A program made the position numbers and the translations under genes. Shown here in pieces: positions 51,286 through 64,000 of a stretch of 64,000 nucleotides of DNA. Each line of letters opens with the position of its first letter. Position 1 is the stretch's first letter. The notes under the pieces were generated by a model. The model did not search any database. It saw nothing but the letters and a program-made list of their open reading frames with translations, and was not told where the DNA came from. Source of the stretch: Catajapyx aquilonaris (lineage: Eukaryota); assembly GCA_000934665.2 (NCBI GenBank), contig JYFJ02000771.1, positions 1 through 64,000 on the forward strand. The letters are read 5' to 3'.

Positions 51286-52575
51286 TTACAAATGTTCCAA
51301 AGCAGCAGCGATGGCTGCCAGGGTGTACTTTCGTACAGCACCGTCTCGAGCACCAGTGTATATGTGGGTTGGGTCAGAAGCCAGGGAGTACACAGGGTCA
51401 CAGTCAGGACCAGTCAATTGGCACAGGGGCACACTCAACGTGTAACCATCCAGGACTGAATGGAGTGTGCATGTCCCGTCCGCTCTGCCTACAAACAGGC
51501 CAATGTTTGGGACGTATCGCAGCGAGAACACTGTGCTCTGAGATGGAGATTGCTGGATAATAGTCCCAGATTGCCTTATATCACCAGTAACAACACTGCC
51601 ATCCTGCAACCCCGCAGCCCAGCCCCATTCCGACGTGGCACAGACACAATTAGCCGCAGACTGGGTCGGATGGCGCCAAATGATGTTACGGTCGCTGATT
51701 GACACGGCCATCAAGCATGAAGCTTCAGAACCAACAAGGCACAATTTCCCAGCAGTGCCAACTTCCCTTTCCTCATCATCCACACTGGCAGACTTTGGCG
51801 GTGGTGGGGGCCCGGATGGAAAAATTGCACACGAATTAAGAGCTCCAGTCCCACTCACTGTGGCCAGGCAGTTGGCCCGACCACAATCCCACAGCTTCAG
51901 GGTCCCATCAGCAGAGACCGAAATCACATTGCGTCCACGATCAACAATACAGGTGTCAGCGACACTTGCCGTGTGCCCTTTAAACACTGCGCCACACTTC
52001 CCACTCTTTGCACACCACACACGCAGCTGCATGTCGGCCCCTCCAGTCAGCAGCACCTGCCCAGAAGGGAAGTACCGAACACTGTACACATCCAGAAAGT
52101 GGCCCTCAAGTCGCCTCAACTCCTGCCCAGTGCGTGAATCCCACATCACCACACTGTTTCGGGCAGTCGGCGATGCTCCAATCCCGCCTGGAGTCACATC
52201 CATGCACTTCTGCGGACCAGTGGCCCACGAGTTACCCTTGAATATGGTCCGGGCTGAGAGGAAAGCGCACGAGCTGCATGCGTACGACAGAAGCAACGCA
52301 GAGGGTGACAGGAGGCGGGCAGTGAATCCATCCGAGGAAGACAGCAGCGGCAAATTCCCCTGGATCGACTCGCACTGAATCTTCCCATGCAGCCCAGGCT
52401 GACCCAAAGGCTTGCAAGTGACCCACGCCTCTCCACCTTTGACCCTGCAAAATAAATCAGCAAATTTGGTAAATGACATTCAGAGGGCAGTGGTGACACT
52501 ACAAACCAACCGGATGGCCTCGTCCCAATCGCTCTGAAGCAACAGCAAGGTGCGAGATCTCGCTGGATCGGCCAT
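51286..52575 (-). CDS. PAAF1: proteasomal ATPase-associated factor 1 (Rpn14 homolog, WD40), 2 exons, ~407 aa
   Basis: Exons 52575-52511 and 52444-51286. Motifs LQSDWDEAIR|VKGGEAWVTC, ELRRLEGHFLDVYSVRYFPSGQVLLTGGAD, IVDRGRNVISVSADGTLKLWDCG, EREVGT, LTGPDCDPVY are characteristic of PAAF1. Confidence 0.93.
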
Positions 52576-53131
52576 GGTCCCGGGTCTGAACCACGGTCTG
52601 AACTGTCTGAAGGTCAATGGGACCGAAGGGCATCCAAAAAAAAAAAGAGCTGAGTCGAGGAGCTTGGCTTCACTTGGACGGCGCCATCTTGGACAAATCA
52701 TGCAGGGTTGCCAGACCAATCAGTAGGAATAGCCGGGAGTGGGAGGTCACCAGGTCACGCTTGAACTTATAATTATATATGTTATTAACATACACGTACG
52801 AATTACACAGCATTAATAGCATAATTAACATAATGAATAATTAATTTGTGTATTAGCTATTAGTATTAGCTACTTTTATGTCAGTTTCAGACGTCGGTTT
52901 CAGACGGGAATAGCGCTTAACACAAGAAGCAGCTATTAGTAACTGCTTTATTCGACACTAAAACCCGCGACGTGATTCGGTCCGTCCCACGTTCTGTTGG
53001 CAACACTGATTCCGGTGAATAGGCGAAAAGAAGACTTTGACGTCGGGTGGTCCTCGCTCCTCGCCACTTTGGAAATTCCTGCTGAAGAGTGGAGCCCAGG
53101 TCAAGGGTGAGAAGAAGAAGGGGCAAGGAGG
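52576..53131. promoter_or_regulatory. bidirectional promoter region of PAAF1 and PSMD7
   Basis: 556 bp between divergent ATGs; outward-facing TGGCAACCCTG (minus, 52703-52713) and TGGCAACACTG (plus, 52998-53008) flank an AT-rich core; AAGATGGCG (YY1-type) on minus at 52682-52690. Confidence 0.75.
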
Positions 53132-54312
53132 ATGTCTGGCGGAACGGCAGTTGAGACGGCGACGGCCCCACCTCCGCCGGTCGGGGCGCCGCCTCCGACG
53201 ACGGTGGAGAAGGTGGTGGTTCATCCCTTGGTGCTGCTGAGCGTGGTGGACCACTTCAACCGGATGGGGAAGATCGGGAACCAGAAGAGGGTCGTCGGAG
53301 TGCTGCTGGGAAGCTGGAGGGGGAAGGGCCTGCTGGATGTGTCCAACAGCTTCGGAGGTCAGTCGGTTGGAAATACTAATGAATCCGCACGTCCGACAGT
53401 TGGAAATATGTAACGGATGAGAGGACATTCTCTGTTATTTCAGTACCGTTTGACGAGGATGAAAAGGACCAGTCGGTGTGGTTCCTGGACCACGATTACT
53501 TGGAGAACATGTATGGGATGTTTAAGAAGGTGAATGCCAGGGAGAAGATCGTTGGGTGGTACCACACTGGCCCAAAGCTGCATCCGAATGATGTGGCCAT
53601 CAACGAGCTGGTGCGTCGCTACTGCCCCTCATCAGTGCTGGTCATCATTGACGCTAAGCCCAAGGACCTGGGGCTGCCAACCGAGGCTTACCGGGCTGTG
53701 GAGGAGGTGCACGATGATGGGTCACCAACGTCCAAGACCTTTGAGCATGTGGCGAGTGAGATTGGGGCAGAGGAGGCTGAGGAGGTTGGGGTGGAGCACC
53801 TTCTAAGGGACATCAAGGACACCACGGTTGGGACCTTGTCGCAGAGGGTCACCAATCAGCTGATGGGTTTGAAAGGACTGCACTCTCATGTCAAGGACAT
53901 CCAGAACTACCTGAGACAGGTGGATATTTCAGGGATTAATTTCATGGCAGTACAAACTAGTGTTTGCCCCACTTATTTGTTGCAGGTTGTGGATGGAAAA
54001 CTTCCTGTTAACCACCAGATAATATACCAGCTGCAGGATGTGTTCAACCTCCTCCCAGATGTGACCCACCTGAGCTTCGTGAAGGCCCTTTACGTCAAGA
54101 CCAACGACCAGATGCTTGTGGTCTACCTGGCTGCTCTCATCCGCTCGGTCATTGCCCTGCACAATCTCATCAACAATAAGCTTGCCAACAGGGATGCTGA
54201 GAAGAAGGAAGGTTCTTCAACCAACAAGGACAAGGAGGCGAAGGATAAAGACAAGGATGCAAAGGACAAGTCCAAGGAGGACAAGGATGGAAAGGACGAC
54301 AAGAAGAAGTGA
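53132..54312 (+). CDS. PSMD7: 26S proteasome non-ATPase regulatory subunit 7 (Rpn8/Mov34, MPN domain), 3 exons, ~342 aa
   Basis: Exons 53132-53357, 53444-53919, 53986-54312. [67 protein letters not shown] and K/D-rich tail; AATAAA at 54372. Confidence 0.97.
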
Positions 54313-54816
54313 AGTTCTAACCCCCCAGCCCCCATTTGAAATTAACATTATTATTCAGCTTGTTTTGGCAAAATAAAATGTAAGGAAATGCAAGTGGTGA
54401 ATTTTCATGACAAGTTCAGGGTTTCAAAGCCTATTGCTGGTTTGGCGTTCAATACTTGGCAAGAATTGGCATCTTGCTCACACTTGCACTATTCTTATGA
54501 CCAGCTCTCTCGCAAGCGTGTGAGCACACCTTGAACTTTTGAAACATGTGCCACTTGACTCATCCAGTGTCCCGCATTTTTCTGGAAGTTGTCTGGAAAT
54601 TTTGTAATCAATCGAAGTATGAGCAAGTCACTGTTTTATATTTTTATTTGAACTTTTAACATGAAATTACAATTGCACCAGCAATTTCTCTGTTCATGTA
54701 ACAAAGTTTAGAGCTGTGCGCACATGTTGCATCCATTGGACTCACCCATACTGTTCGCCAGACCTGCAAACTGAAAACGGAAGTAGTTTTTTTTCTGCAT
54801 ATAAATCAGAATTATG

Positions 54817-57800
54817 CTACGAAAGCACCACAGAGATGGCGATGGGGATTAGGAAAAGCGATGGGAAATACAAACTGGCAGAGGAAGGAGAGGATGGATT
54901 TGGCCCAATGTATGGGTCCTGATTGTCATTGTGGTAGTTATTGTAGTACCAGTCCAAGGAGTCTGGCTGACTTGCGGGTTGTGGGTGATGTGCCATTGGT
55001 ACAATGTTGACCTGGGTCTCCTCCGGTTCGGGAGGGTGGAACACGTGCGGGAGGGAAGAGGCTGGTGCTGAGAGTTCCGAAGGACGTGGAGGGGCAGTAG
55101 GCGGAGGAGGCGACGAGGATGGGAAGGCTGCTGGGGAAAGCGAAGGCTGGAACGATGAGGGTTGCGGCAGGGCTGTTGAAGGGGCCAACTGCCCAGGTGC
55201 AGACGAGGCTCCTATTTCCACTTTGGTGATTGTAGGTCGTCCTGGAGGTCTTCTTGGTAGAGTGTCACCGTGGTGGAAGCCCAGTCCAGCCCTCAGTGTC
55301 GTGGTGAAGGTTGGCGGTGTTGGTGGCTGGCTGCTTGTTGGAATTGTTGCAGACGTGGGCAGTACCGGTGAGCCAGATAACGTGGAGGTAGCAGCAGTGG
55401 CCTTGTCACCAGTTAGCATCCCCCAGAGTTCACTCAATGAGAAGTCGGGTTCGAGAGTGGAAGTGCCAGTTGGACGAGATGGTGATGGGGATGATGCAAC
55501 ACTGTGCTGACTGTGAGAGTAATCCTCGTAGTAGTCTGGTGTTTCCTGTGTGCTTGGAGTGACAACCATGTATGGGACATCAACTGCTGGAGTGAGTGGA
55601 TCCATTGGTATGAATCCAGACTGCGTGCGTATAGGCGGAGGTGGTGGAGGTGCCAGTGGAATATACGGATGGTCAGGTGGGGTATATGCTGGAACTCCAG
55701 ACCCAGCCGGTTGGGCATCATTCAAATGCAGGTGTGGATGCACATGCGGATGCACATGCGGGTGGCCACCTGGACGATGGAGAACATCTTCATGAGGGTG
55801 TGCTTTATCGACAGCTCCCAAGCTGGCCACTGCAGCCGCACCCTGGAGTCCTTTCGACACCAAGCTGAGAGTTGGAGCCAGGCCGAGCGTCAACCCAAGG
55901 TCCAGACTAGGCAACGGGATGCCAAACAAGGAGAATCCAGACGGTCCGGACCCCACTTTAGATGATGAGTTGCCCTTGTTTATTGACGGCCTGCTGACTG
56001 AGCTGCTGCCAGCATATATAGTCGGTGTGTCACCAGGCACCACATCTGGACTCAGCTGAGAAACAGGACCGGCCTGCTTGGCAGCTCCGGACTTGTCGCT
56101 AGTTGAATTGACAATATTCGACAGCACCTGATCCGGATCGATTATGACAACCTCTGAACCAGGGGGAATCAGCGAGTTGTCAACCTGGTTCGTCTCAGAA
56201 CCAGGTGAAGATGAGTTGCTGACAGACGAATCATCATACTGGTACTCCACGTACTCATCATCAAAGTAATCCGACTGGTGTGGTCCTGTATTTCCTGAAT
56301 CAGAAGAGTTGTGGCGAACATTCATCCACGCCGAGAGGACCTGAGATGATCCTGCATTTTCCATACCTGTAAAATTGTCAGTTTGTTTCATATTTTATAT
56401 ATTTTCCATTACCAGTACTGAGTTCAGATTGTCTCACTGTCAGTGTTGTGTGATTACCTGCAGAGGGTGGTCGTGGTGGCCTACTGTTGGGTCTAGGACC
56501 CCTTCCCCTGTTGCCTGGCGTGGCAGAGAGGAGCGTGGATGCAGATGCAGCCGCCTGCAGTGCACTGGGACTGCAGGTGTCCACGTTGTTTGAGAGGGAT
56601 CGGTGGTAAGCGCAGGTCATTCTGGATGCCCTCAGCTCACGTAAGGGAACTCCAAGCATTTCTGGTGGCTCGAAGCAACGTGCCGCCGATTCCTCCTTGA
56701 CCACGTTGTCCTCCAGCCACTGACGAAGCCAGGCCATGTCGCAGTCACACTGGAGAGGATTGCCTGGAAAAGCCGATAATGGCCATTGCGAGACGATATA
56801 TGTAAAGGAAGAGCTGGAAGAGTATCCTGTGAGCTCCTCGTCCGCATGCTGACGGCATGAGAGCTCTACGGGTTGCCATGAACAGTCAGGATAAACATGT
56901 GCGATTGGAATAATGACAGAGAAAGTAATCAAACCTGATATGTCCAGGAGGGCCACGTTGTCCTTCAGCTTGTAGAACGTGTCCTCGTTGATTCTGGCCA
57001 GCTGATTGTTCCGGAGGCTCAGCATCCGCAGGCGGCTCATGGTGTCGAATGTGTGGGGATGGATCCTGCACAGGTAATTGTTGTCCATCTGCCAAAAGAG
57101 GTACCGGTACGTCAGTGCTGTGCTAAGGCAACTTTATACAAACAACGCTGACCCTGAGGTTGACAAGCCAATGCAGATGTCGCAGGGCCCTGTCGTCGAC
57201 TTCCAGGATCCGGTTATGGCTGAGGTCGAGCATCTCCAGGGAAGGAAGAGCCTGGAGTCCAGCGCGGGACACGCTGTCCAGGTCGTTGTGGCTCAGATTC
57301 AGGTACCTGAGGGACGTCAGCCCTTGGAAGGCCCCTTCGCCCACTACCCTCAGGCCGTTGCTCTGCAGCTCCAGGCCCTGCAGGGCTGGAAGGTCGCGCA
57401 ATGCGTTGTTCTGGACTCGGTTGACCCTGTTGGAACTGAGCCTCAAGAAGCGGAGGTTGGGTAAGGACACGAAGGACCGCGGACCCAGCTCCTGCAGCTC
57501 GTTGCCGTGGAGGTCCAGGATGTTTAGAGAAGGCATGTCCTGGAAGAGCCCCTCCCTGATGTTGGCCTCTGAGCTGGGCATGCTGCCGAGACGATTGTCG
57601 TTCAGGAACAGTTGGGTCAAACGGGGCAGTCGTCGGAAAGGCGTGTCCCCGAGGGTCTGCAGCTGGTTGGATCCTGCGTGAAGGACCTGCAGGGATTGCA
57701 CGTCCAGGAGAGCTGGCGGGAACTCGGTCAGCTGGTTGTGGCTCAGACTCAGCTCCTGAAGCTGGACGGTGTCCCTGAAGGCGTCCGGAGACACCGTCGC

Positions 57801-60179
57801 TATCCGGTTGTGCTGGATATCCAGACGTCGAAGCTCAGCAAGACCGGAGAAAGTGTCCGGGCCGACCGACTGCATTCGGTTATGCTGCAGGTCCAGCGTC
57901 TGCAGGCGGGCGGCGTCCGACAGTGCTCCGTCCTCTACCAGATGGATCCTATTGGAGGCCAGATGAAGGTTTTCTAATCGCACCAGGCCTCGCAGGCAAC
58001 CCCGGGCTAATGAACCAATGAGGTTGGCTCCCAAGCGAAGAGTCCGGAGCTGCCTCAGAGGACTCAACGCTCCCACAGGCATAGCTCCAATGGCATTTCC
58101 TCGAAGGTCCAGCTCCTGCAATGCAGATCCACCACCTCCAACTACACCGGACAGTCCGTCAGTGGCGAAGGATGCTGGGGAAGGTATGGCCTGCAGGCGG
58201 TTGAACGCCAGCGACAGCAACTCCAGGCTGGCCAGATCCCTGAAGAGAGTGTCCGGCAGATGAGCCAGCTTGTTCCGGGCCAGATCCAGCTCGTAGAGAT
58301 GCTGCAGACCCCTGAAGGCATCTACGGGAATAGCGGCCAGCTCATTTCCGGACACGTTGACGTGCTCTAGCAGCGGACATGCTCTGAACGCCTGTGAAGC
58401 CAGCTGCAGGATACGATTTCCGCTTAGGTCCACGTGTCGAAGGGCTGGAAGCTGCGCCAAGAGTCCGTCGTCCAGACGAGTAAGGTGGTTATCCGCCAGA
58501 TCCAGTCCCTTGAGGGCCGGAAGGTGCCACCAGCCGGATTCAGCAGGCGCGAGTCCTCCAACATGCAGGTCTCCAGTTGGGGGCAGGCTGGACAGCGTGT
58601 TGTTCCGGAGACGCAGCTCAGTCAGTGCCGGGAATCCCAAGAGAGCCTGCGGTTGAATCCAGCGCAGGCCGTTGTGCTCCAGGCTGAGTCTCTCCAGCAG
58701 GTGATGACCGCGGCCCAGGGCAGCAGCAGGCAGCTCCTGAAGACGATTGGCGCTCAGATCGAGAGATCGCAGCTGCGGAAGAGCAGCCAGCAGCCCTCCC
58801 AAGTCCGACCCAAGTTGGTTTCCAGCCAGGAAGAGCTCCTCCAGCTGTGGCACCACGGAGAATGCTCCTGCTGGCAGTCGGGTCAGCGAATTCCGGCTGA
58901 GATCTAACCGTCTGAGAGCTGGAAGTTGACTGAATGCTTCAGGTCTGACCTCTCTCAGGTCGCAATCTCGAAGGTCTAAAGTAGCCAGCGACCTCATTCC
59001 GCCCAGAGCACCTTCCTGCAGCCGTTCCAGTGGATTCCTTGCCGCGTTGAGTATCCTAAGCCCTGGTGCGGCCCTGATAGCTCGGCCCAGCATGGCCGCA
59101 TCTCTGATTCTGTTACCGGACAAGTCCAGCTCCTGTAGGTCGGGCAGACCTGCGAACGCCCTTGGGTGCAAGTGCGAGATTAGGTTTGAGCTGAGGTTGG
59201 CCACTGCCAGGGCAGGGCCCAGTCCGTCTATCACTCCTGCCTCCAGACGAGTGATCTCGCATCCAGTCAGCTGGAAGAATCGGAGTGCTGGAAGCGAGTG
59301 GAGGGCCGCTGGTTCCAGCTGCAAGGCGCCGCAGTCCTCGACTCTCACGTACTTGAGGCGAGGCAGCCCGGCCAGACGCGGAATACGGCGCAGACCGGAC
59401 GCCCCCAGCAATGTGAATGCCTCCAGGCGTCTCAGGTAGTCCAGGGTGTCCCAAGGCAGATCTTCCAGTAGCTCCTCCTCCACGAACAATTCCCGAAGAC
59501 TTCCTTCCAAGCCTGCAAACGCATTTCTGGACACTGTCTGCAACCCGTTGTGTCGCAGCAGGAGACGACGGACCTGCAGGCCTCCCAATGCGCGACCGGG
59601 TAGTCCCGTCATCTTATTTTGTTCCAACACCACCTCTTCAATAACTGGAGTCGACGATGATGAAGCTGGAGACCCTCCAGACGCCACAGTCGATGAGAGA
59701 AACACCATCACTCCTTCCAGCGCGCGTCTGACCCTCTCAAGCTCGCTGTGACTGCACCTGTGAAACAAACATGTGCGTGAGGTGTGTGCTGACTCTGCAA
59801 TCAGCCATGCAGAGGATGTGGAGGAAGGTCGTGGACGTGAGTGCTGCTGGGCGGATGAGGGCGTCGGAATGGACGGATGCTAGGGTTGGATGGTTGATGG
59901 CAGCATGCGTGACAAAGTGGGTAATCATGGCGAGAGTGAGAATGACTAAGGTTGCACCACTGTAGTTGGCCATACCAGATCTGCATTTCTTGAGCCCTGA
60001 TGCGACACCTGCAGGGCAGGATGTCGTTTTCTGGTGGACACCTGTCCGCTGATCCGACGGCCGCTGCAGCTGCAGATGCCGCCTGCAGGAGAGCGCAGAA
60101 GACCAGCGCCACTCCGATGCCACATGATGAGGTACGAAATTGAGGGCGTCGCTTGGTCCATGGCGAATGTGGACTACTC
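54817..60179 (-). CDS. atk: artichoke/chaoptin-like extracellular leucine-rich repeat protein, probably GPI-anchored (~1606 aa)
   Basis: Exons 60179-59976, 59757-57153, 57088-56935, 56763-56458, 56366-54817 join in frame. Hydrophobic signal-like segment, LRR-NT (CPPENDILPCRC..QIWCSHS), a long LRR array, LRR-CT (GNPLQCDCDMAWL..C..P), S/P/T-rich stalk and hydrophobic C-terminus. The start codon lies upstream of 60179. The symbol is from recalled similarity and is tentative. Confidence 0.88.
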
Positions 60180-62573
60180 CTGCATAAATAAACGACGTGG
60201 ACATTACTATACGGGACTCAAGAAGAAGAAGAAGAAGAAGGTGGAGGAGGATAAAAAGGGGAGGGGATGTAGGAAAGAAAGCTGAGTGCGTGACTCGCTC
60301 GCCAGCTCGACTTATTGTGACAAAGCGACAGCGTGACCACGGCAGGCATTTCCCTAAGCAATTAGACCGTGCAGAGAGACGAGCTGATGCCTCCATGACG
60401 ATTCTCCTCGTTACATGCACCCAGATGCCGTACTGTATATAAGCAAACGAGCGGACACGCCCTTGTCTTTTGATTATCCATCCGCTTCCTTGTATACTAT
60501 ACTCCCATGCACGTAGCCTGTATACAAATGTAAAGGACAAGCACACCGAGTATGAAGCCCTCTTGCTTAAAAATGACCACGTGAAAAATTGTTGCACAAT
60601 TTAATCAATGAGTGAAACATGTGGGTCGGATTCATAGAAAGGTCGGTCATAATAATCGTTTGTCGTCACAAGGAGAAAAGCATTTTTGTAGAGAAATAGG
60701 AGTCCCGTTTTCGCAGGCAGCACGTAAAGTACGACCAGCACGTACAATTTATGATGATATGCTGCTTTCTTGCTATGGCATGTTGTTCTGATGCGACAAA
60801 GTGTCTATAAAGAAACAGTAATATGGACACTTTTTTGCGTTAGTGCTTTTTCAGCCAGCACTTATTTTCACTACCAAGTTACGGGATCACAGTGTTGTCA
60901 CGGTATTTTAGGGTAAGATACCATTCGTATGTGTGTCGGATCCAAGAAGACCAGACTCTCACCATGCCAACTTGGTTTGACACATCTGACATTGCAGCAG
61001 GTCCTATTGAGCCGACACCCACTTTACTCCTAATTGGTCAGCAAGCCACATATTACTACATATATTTCCACGACTATTTCCTCCAGATCAAAATGGGATG
61101 TACTGTCCCTATATGGCTGTACAAACCACAGGCAAGGAAATAAGGCAGCTGCAGTTCTTGTCTATCGTTGGAATAGCAAGAAGAGTTTCCCTGTGTCCAG
61201 CCAGCCTCATCAACACGAGCAAGTGCCAGCATGGCCAACACCTCAACAAGCATCTTTGACCTAACACATACCGGAAGGTTGAGTAGTTTCCTTACATGTG
61301 AAGCTTACCAAATTTATACTAAACCTGCAAGGTTATCGTAAGTTTTGATTCATCATGCTAAAATGTCTTAACCTAATATGGAATATGTTTACAACGTAGT
61401 GGATACATTTAAGTCATCATCTGGTATCCATTGATTTGCCCCTGTGGACCTTAAGGTCTTTCAAAGATTATAGTTATCTATTCCATGGTTCAATAAAAAC
61501 ACGTATGATACCAGATGGATTTACTCGAAGAATCCGATTAATATTCTTCCCTGGATTCCTGGTACACGTAACGATCGTGTTACTTGTATACTTTCTTTTT
61601 TGAAACATCTAACATCATCACCTCTTTTTAGACCGTGTCAAACGCATGTGCCACTACAATCAGTGATGTTTTTGGCAAGGCGGAATGCATCCAGCTTTCG
61701 CAGAGAGAAGGAAATAAGGAAGCGCAACAATAGTACAATACCAACATTATGTTCAATGTATTGAGAAGTTAACACTACATTTTTGAAGCGAGTGCTAAAT
61801 GACTCATATTTGATGGGTGCAATTGCAGAACAATCAATCAAGATTCAATAGTAATTTTACAATTTAAAAGACGGAATTGTTCGTAACTATTTATGCTGAG
61901 ACATGCGATCATTGACGCAATTCTAAACCACCTTTAAACCACAAAAACCTAACATTTTCGATGGCAATAAGATTTGCCTCTCTTCAAAGTTACAAAGTCT
62001 ATAATTTGTGCTGAGAGAAGTAATATCCGAGAAGGCTCAATTACTTGTGCATTGAACCTTCATGTGTTGCACTTACTCATTAAAATCTGAACTGGAAGTG
62101 AGTCATCAGCAAGGTCATAATACACACTCCTCTCTGCAATCTCATGTGTGACGGGCAAATATAACAGGCAAAAGTTTTCCAAGTAGAAAATCCTGACAGT
62201 TGCCCTCCCAGTCGTCTGGTGGAACCTCGCCCGTTTCAAAATACTAGCTTTATGCCAAATTTGAAAAGGTCCAAAAAGAGGAAAATTTTAAGAGCTCCGC
62301 TTATTTCCTTGCCCACTTACTGTGAATTTCGAGGTCGTATTATTCGGTCGGGTGTGGTGACCTTTTCCGCCAATTTGAACAAATTCGGGTGACAAGTTAC
62401 CTCATCGAAGGGAGGTCCTTTAACTTTTTTTAAAAAAATCTAAATTGGTACCGTTACCATAATAATGACATGCAACGGTAACTTATTGAGGTACATGATA
62501 TAGAAATTATTGGGCTTTGACAGGATTAACCATCACTCTCAGTATAACAAAACCCCTCGAATGCGATGTTTTA

Positions 62574-62698
62574 GGGCCGGTTTCACCGAGCTCAGTATAT
62601 GATAAAACCAGGGTATTTCTCAAAATCCCTATCTATTTGTATGGATTTTCCTAAAGAAACCTGGTTTTATCATATACCAAGCTCGGTGAAACCGGCCC
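62574..62698. mobile_element. PIF/Harbinger-like MITE (TTA target duplication)
   Basis: TTA|GGGCCGGTTTCACCGAGCT..TATATGATAAAACCAGG ... CCTGGTTTTATCATATA..AGCTCGGTGAAACCGGCCC|TTA. Confidence 0.87.
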
Positions 62699-63933
62699 TT
62701 ACAGTACACTTTATTTGGTTTGTTCCGGTAAACAATACCTGACGAAGTGCTGAACTGAATAGTAACAAAACAGTTTACTTGTACAAGGCGTTATTATAAA
62801 ATTGCAATATTTGAAACAAGTGTTTTGAGATCCTTGAAATGCATTGCAGTAGACCAGCTGTGCCTAATTTTCTGCAACGTAATTGCGCATAATGAACAAA
62901 TTTTATGGTGTACTGCTTGTTCTAAGCATTAACCTGACACACTGCATGCATATAATTGTTAATTGGTACTGCATAGATAGGATATAATCCATGAAATAGT
63001 TCATGGGGCTGGGAGTCATCACAATAATTTTGAGGCCTCAGTCAAAAAGATTGCAACGAGTTGCAGATATACCAAGAATAATTTCCAACATAACTTGCAT
63101 GAATATCTTGTGATTTCCATATTTTGCGAAGCGGCCTTCTTTTGAATTATTCTCACGCTATGCTAATGTGAGGTATTCGCACTGCTGAATTCCACTATAA
63201 ATGTGCACGCATTGCGCAACACTTATGGCCCATTGAAAACCAGCACGTGCCAATGTAGAGACGACATAGTGACTTGGTATAGGGCACACTAGTTGATGTG
63301 GATTGGAAAGGGCGTAATGCGAAAAGCACTTGGTGCTCCTTCACGCCTGGCGTTGTTCATTAAGCCCATGCACGTGACCTGTGTCCAGATTTGCGTGCGA
63401 TGAAGAAGACGGTCCTCTGCATGCCTCAGGTCAATGTCCCTGACGGTGTCCGTTAGATTTTTAGGGGACGACATCGTCACTCGAAATTTTTACAGGGTGC
63501 GTTTGCTCAACTTTCAAAAAAGAAATCAAAATTGATGATCTCGGTAACAATTTTTGGGTTTTCAAGCGAGATACACACAGAACACATGTGAGAGTGACGG
63601 ACATGATGGTGTCCTTGGTGCAGAGTAATTGTCTTTAGAACAGGCGGGAATGCCTTGGAAATGCCACCATCGTGCTAAACTTGGCCCTTCATCTTCCTTA
63701 TGCAGTCCTCTTTTGGAGGACGTCACGCGACTGGTGGCATTCATTTGAATCCGCACTTTTTCCAGAAACGCATAATGTTTACTCCATGCTTACTGACGAT
63801 ACTGTACAGTGTGCGTTTCACACACGATCCATGTGTGTGCATTTTCACTTTAAGCAGCAAACAATTAAGGCTCGCGATGCCGGAAGGAGAGAGGGATTCA
63901 TCATTATGTACTGCTGAAACCGATGCAACTTAC

Positions 63934-63941
63934 ATGGTATC
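63934..63941 (-). other. candidate 8-nt exon supplying 'AT' of the LRR gene start codon
   Basis: Minus strand reads cgCTAATgatgcttacttatcctgtgcAG|GATACCAT|GTAAGT; joined to the G at 60179 it gives ACC-ATG in frame with the signal peptide. Confidence 0.45.
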
Positions 63942-64000
63942 CTGCACAGGATAAGTAAGCATCATTAGCGGAATACAATTGCAGAGAATGACTACTGCTG

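Noticed and set aside
51635..52378. 247-aa plus-strand ORF, and plus-strand ORFs across 55004-59751
   Set aside because: Antisense shadows of PAAF1 and the LRR gene.
59946..60161. ATG at 60161 as the LRR gene start
   Set aside because: Out of frame with the signal peptide and CPP..CRC motif.
59737..60597. 286-aa minus-strand ORF overlapping the LRR 5' region
   Set aside because: Different frame from the signal/LRR-NT exon, crosses splice sites, no recognisable domain.
62738..62780. CTGACGA hammerhead-like motif
   Set aside because: No GAAA core or convincing stems.

Overview
Eukaryotic, intron-containing genomic DNA, most likely arthropod (inferred from kismet- and artichoke-like genes). 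Five protein-coding genes can be reconstructed with frame-consistent GT-AG splicing. (1) kismet/CHD7-family chromatin remodeller: + strand, 28 coding exons, 5342-43932, ~4717 aa. (2) TIGAR-like histidine phosphatase: +, 46656-49029. (3) PAAF1/Rpn14 proteasome assembly chaperone: -, 51286-52575. (4) PSMD7/Rpn8 19S lid subunit: +, 53132-54312, head-to-head with PAAF1. (5) An artichoke/chaoptin-like secreted, probably GPI-anchored LRR protein: -, 54817-60179, whose start codon appears to be split across an intron. Introns and intergenic DNA carry several MITEs (TA, TTA, TTAA and 8-bp target duplications), SINE-like remnants and microsatellites. The most notable observations are the divergent proteasome gene pair, a second promoter of the same architecture pointing at an unexplained ORF, a candidate 8-nt start-codon microexon, a CpG-rich island inside kismet with candidate alternative exons, and a tandem-repeat insertion in chromodomain 1. 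No database searches were run; homology calls are from recognised motifs.
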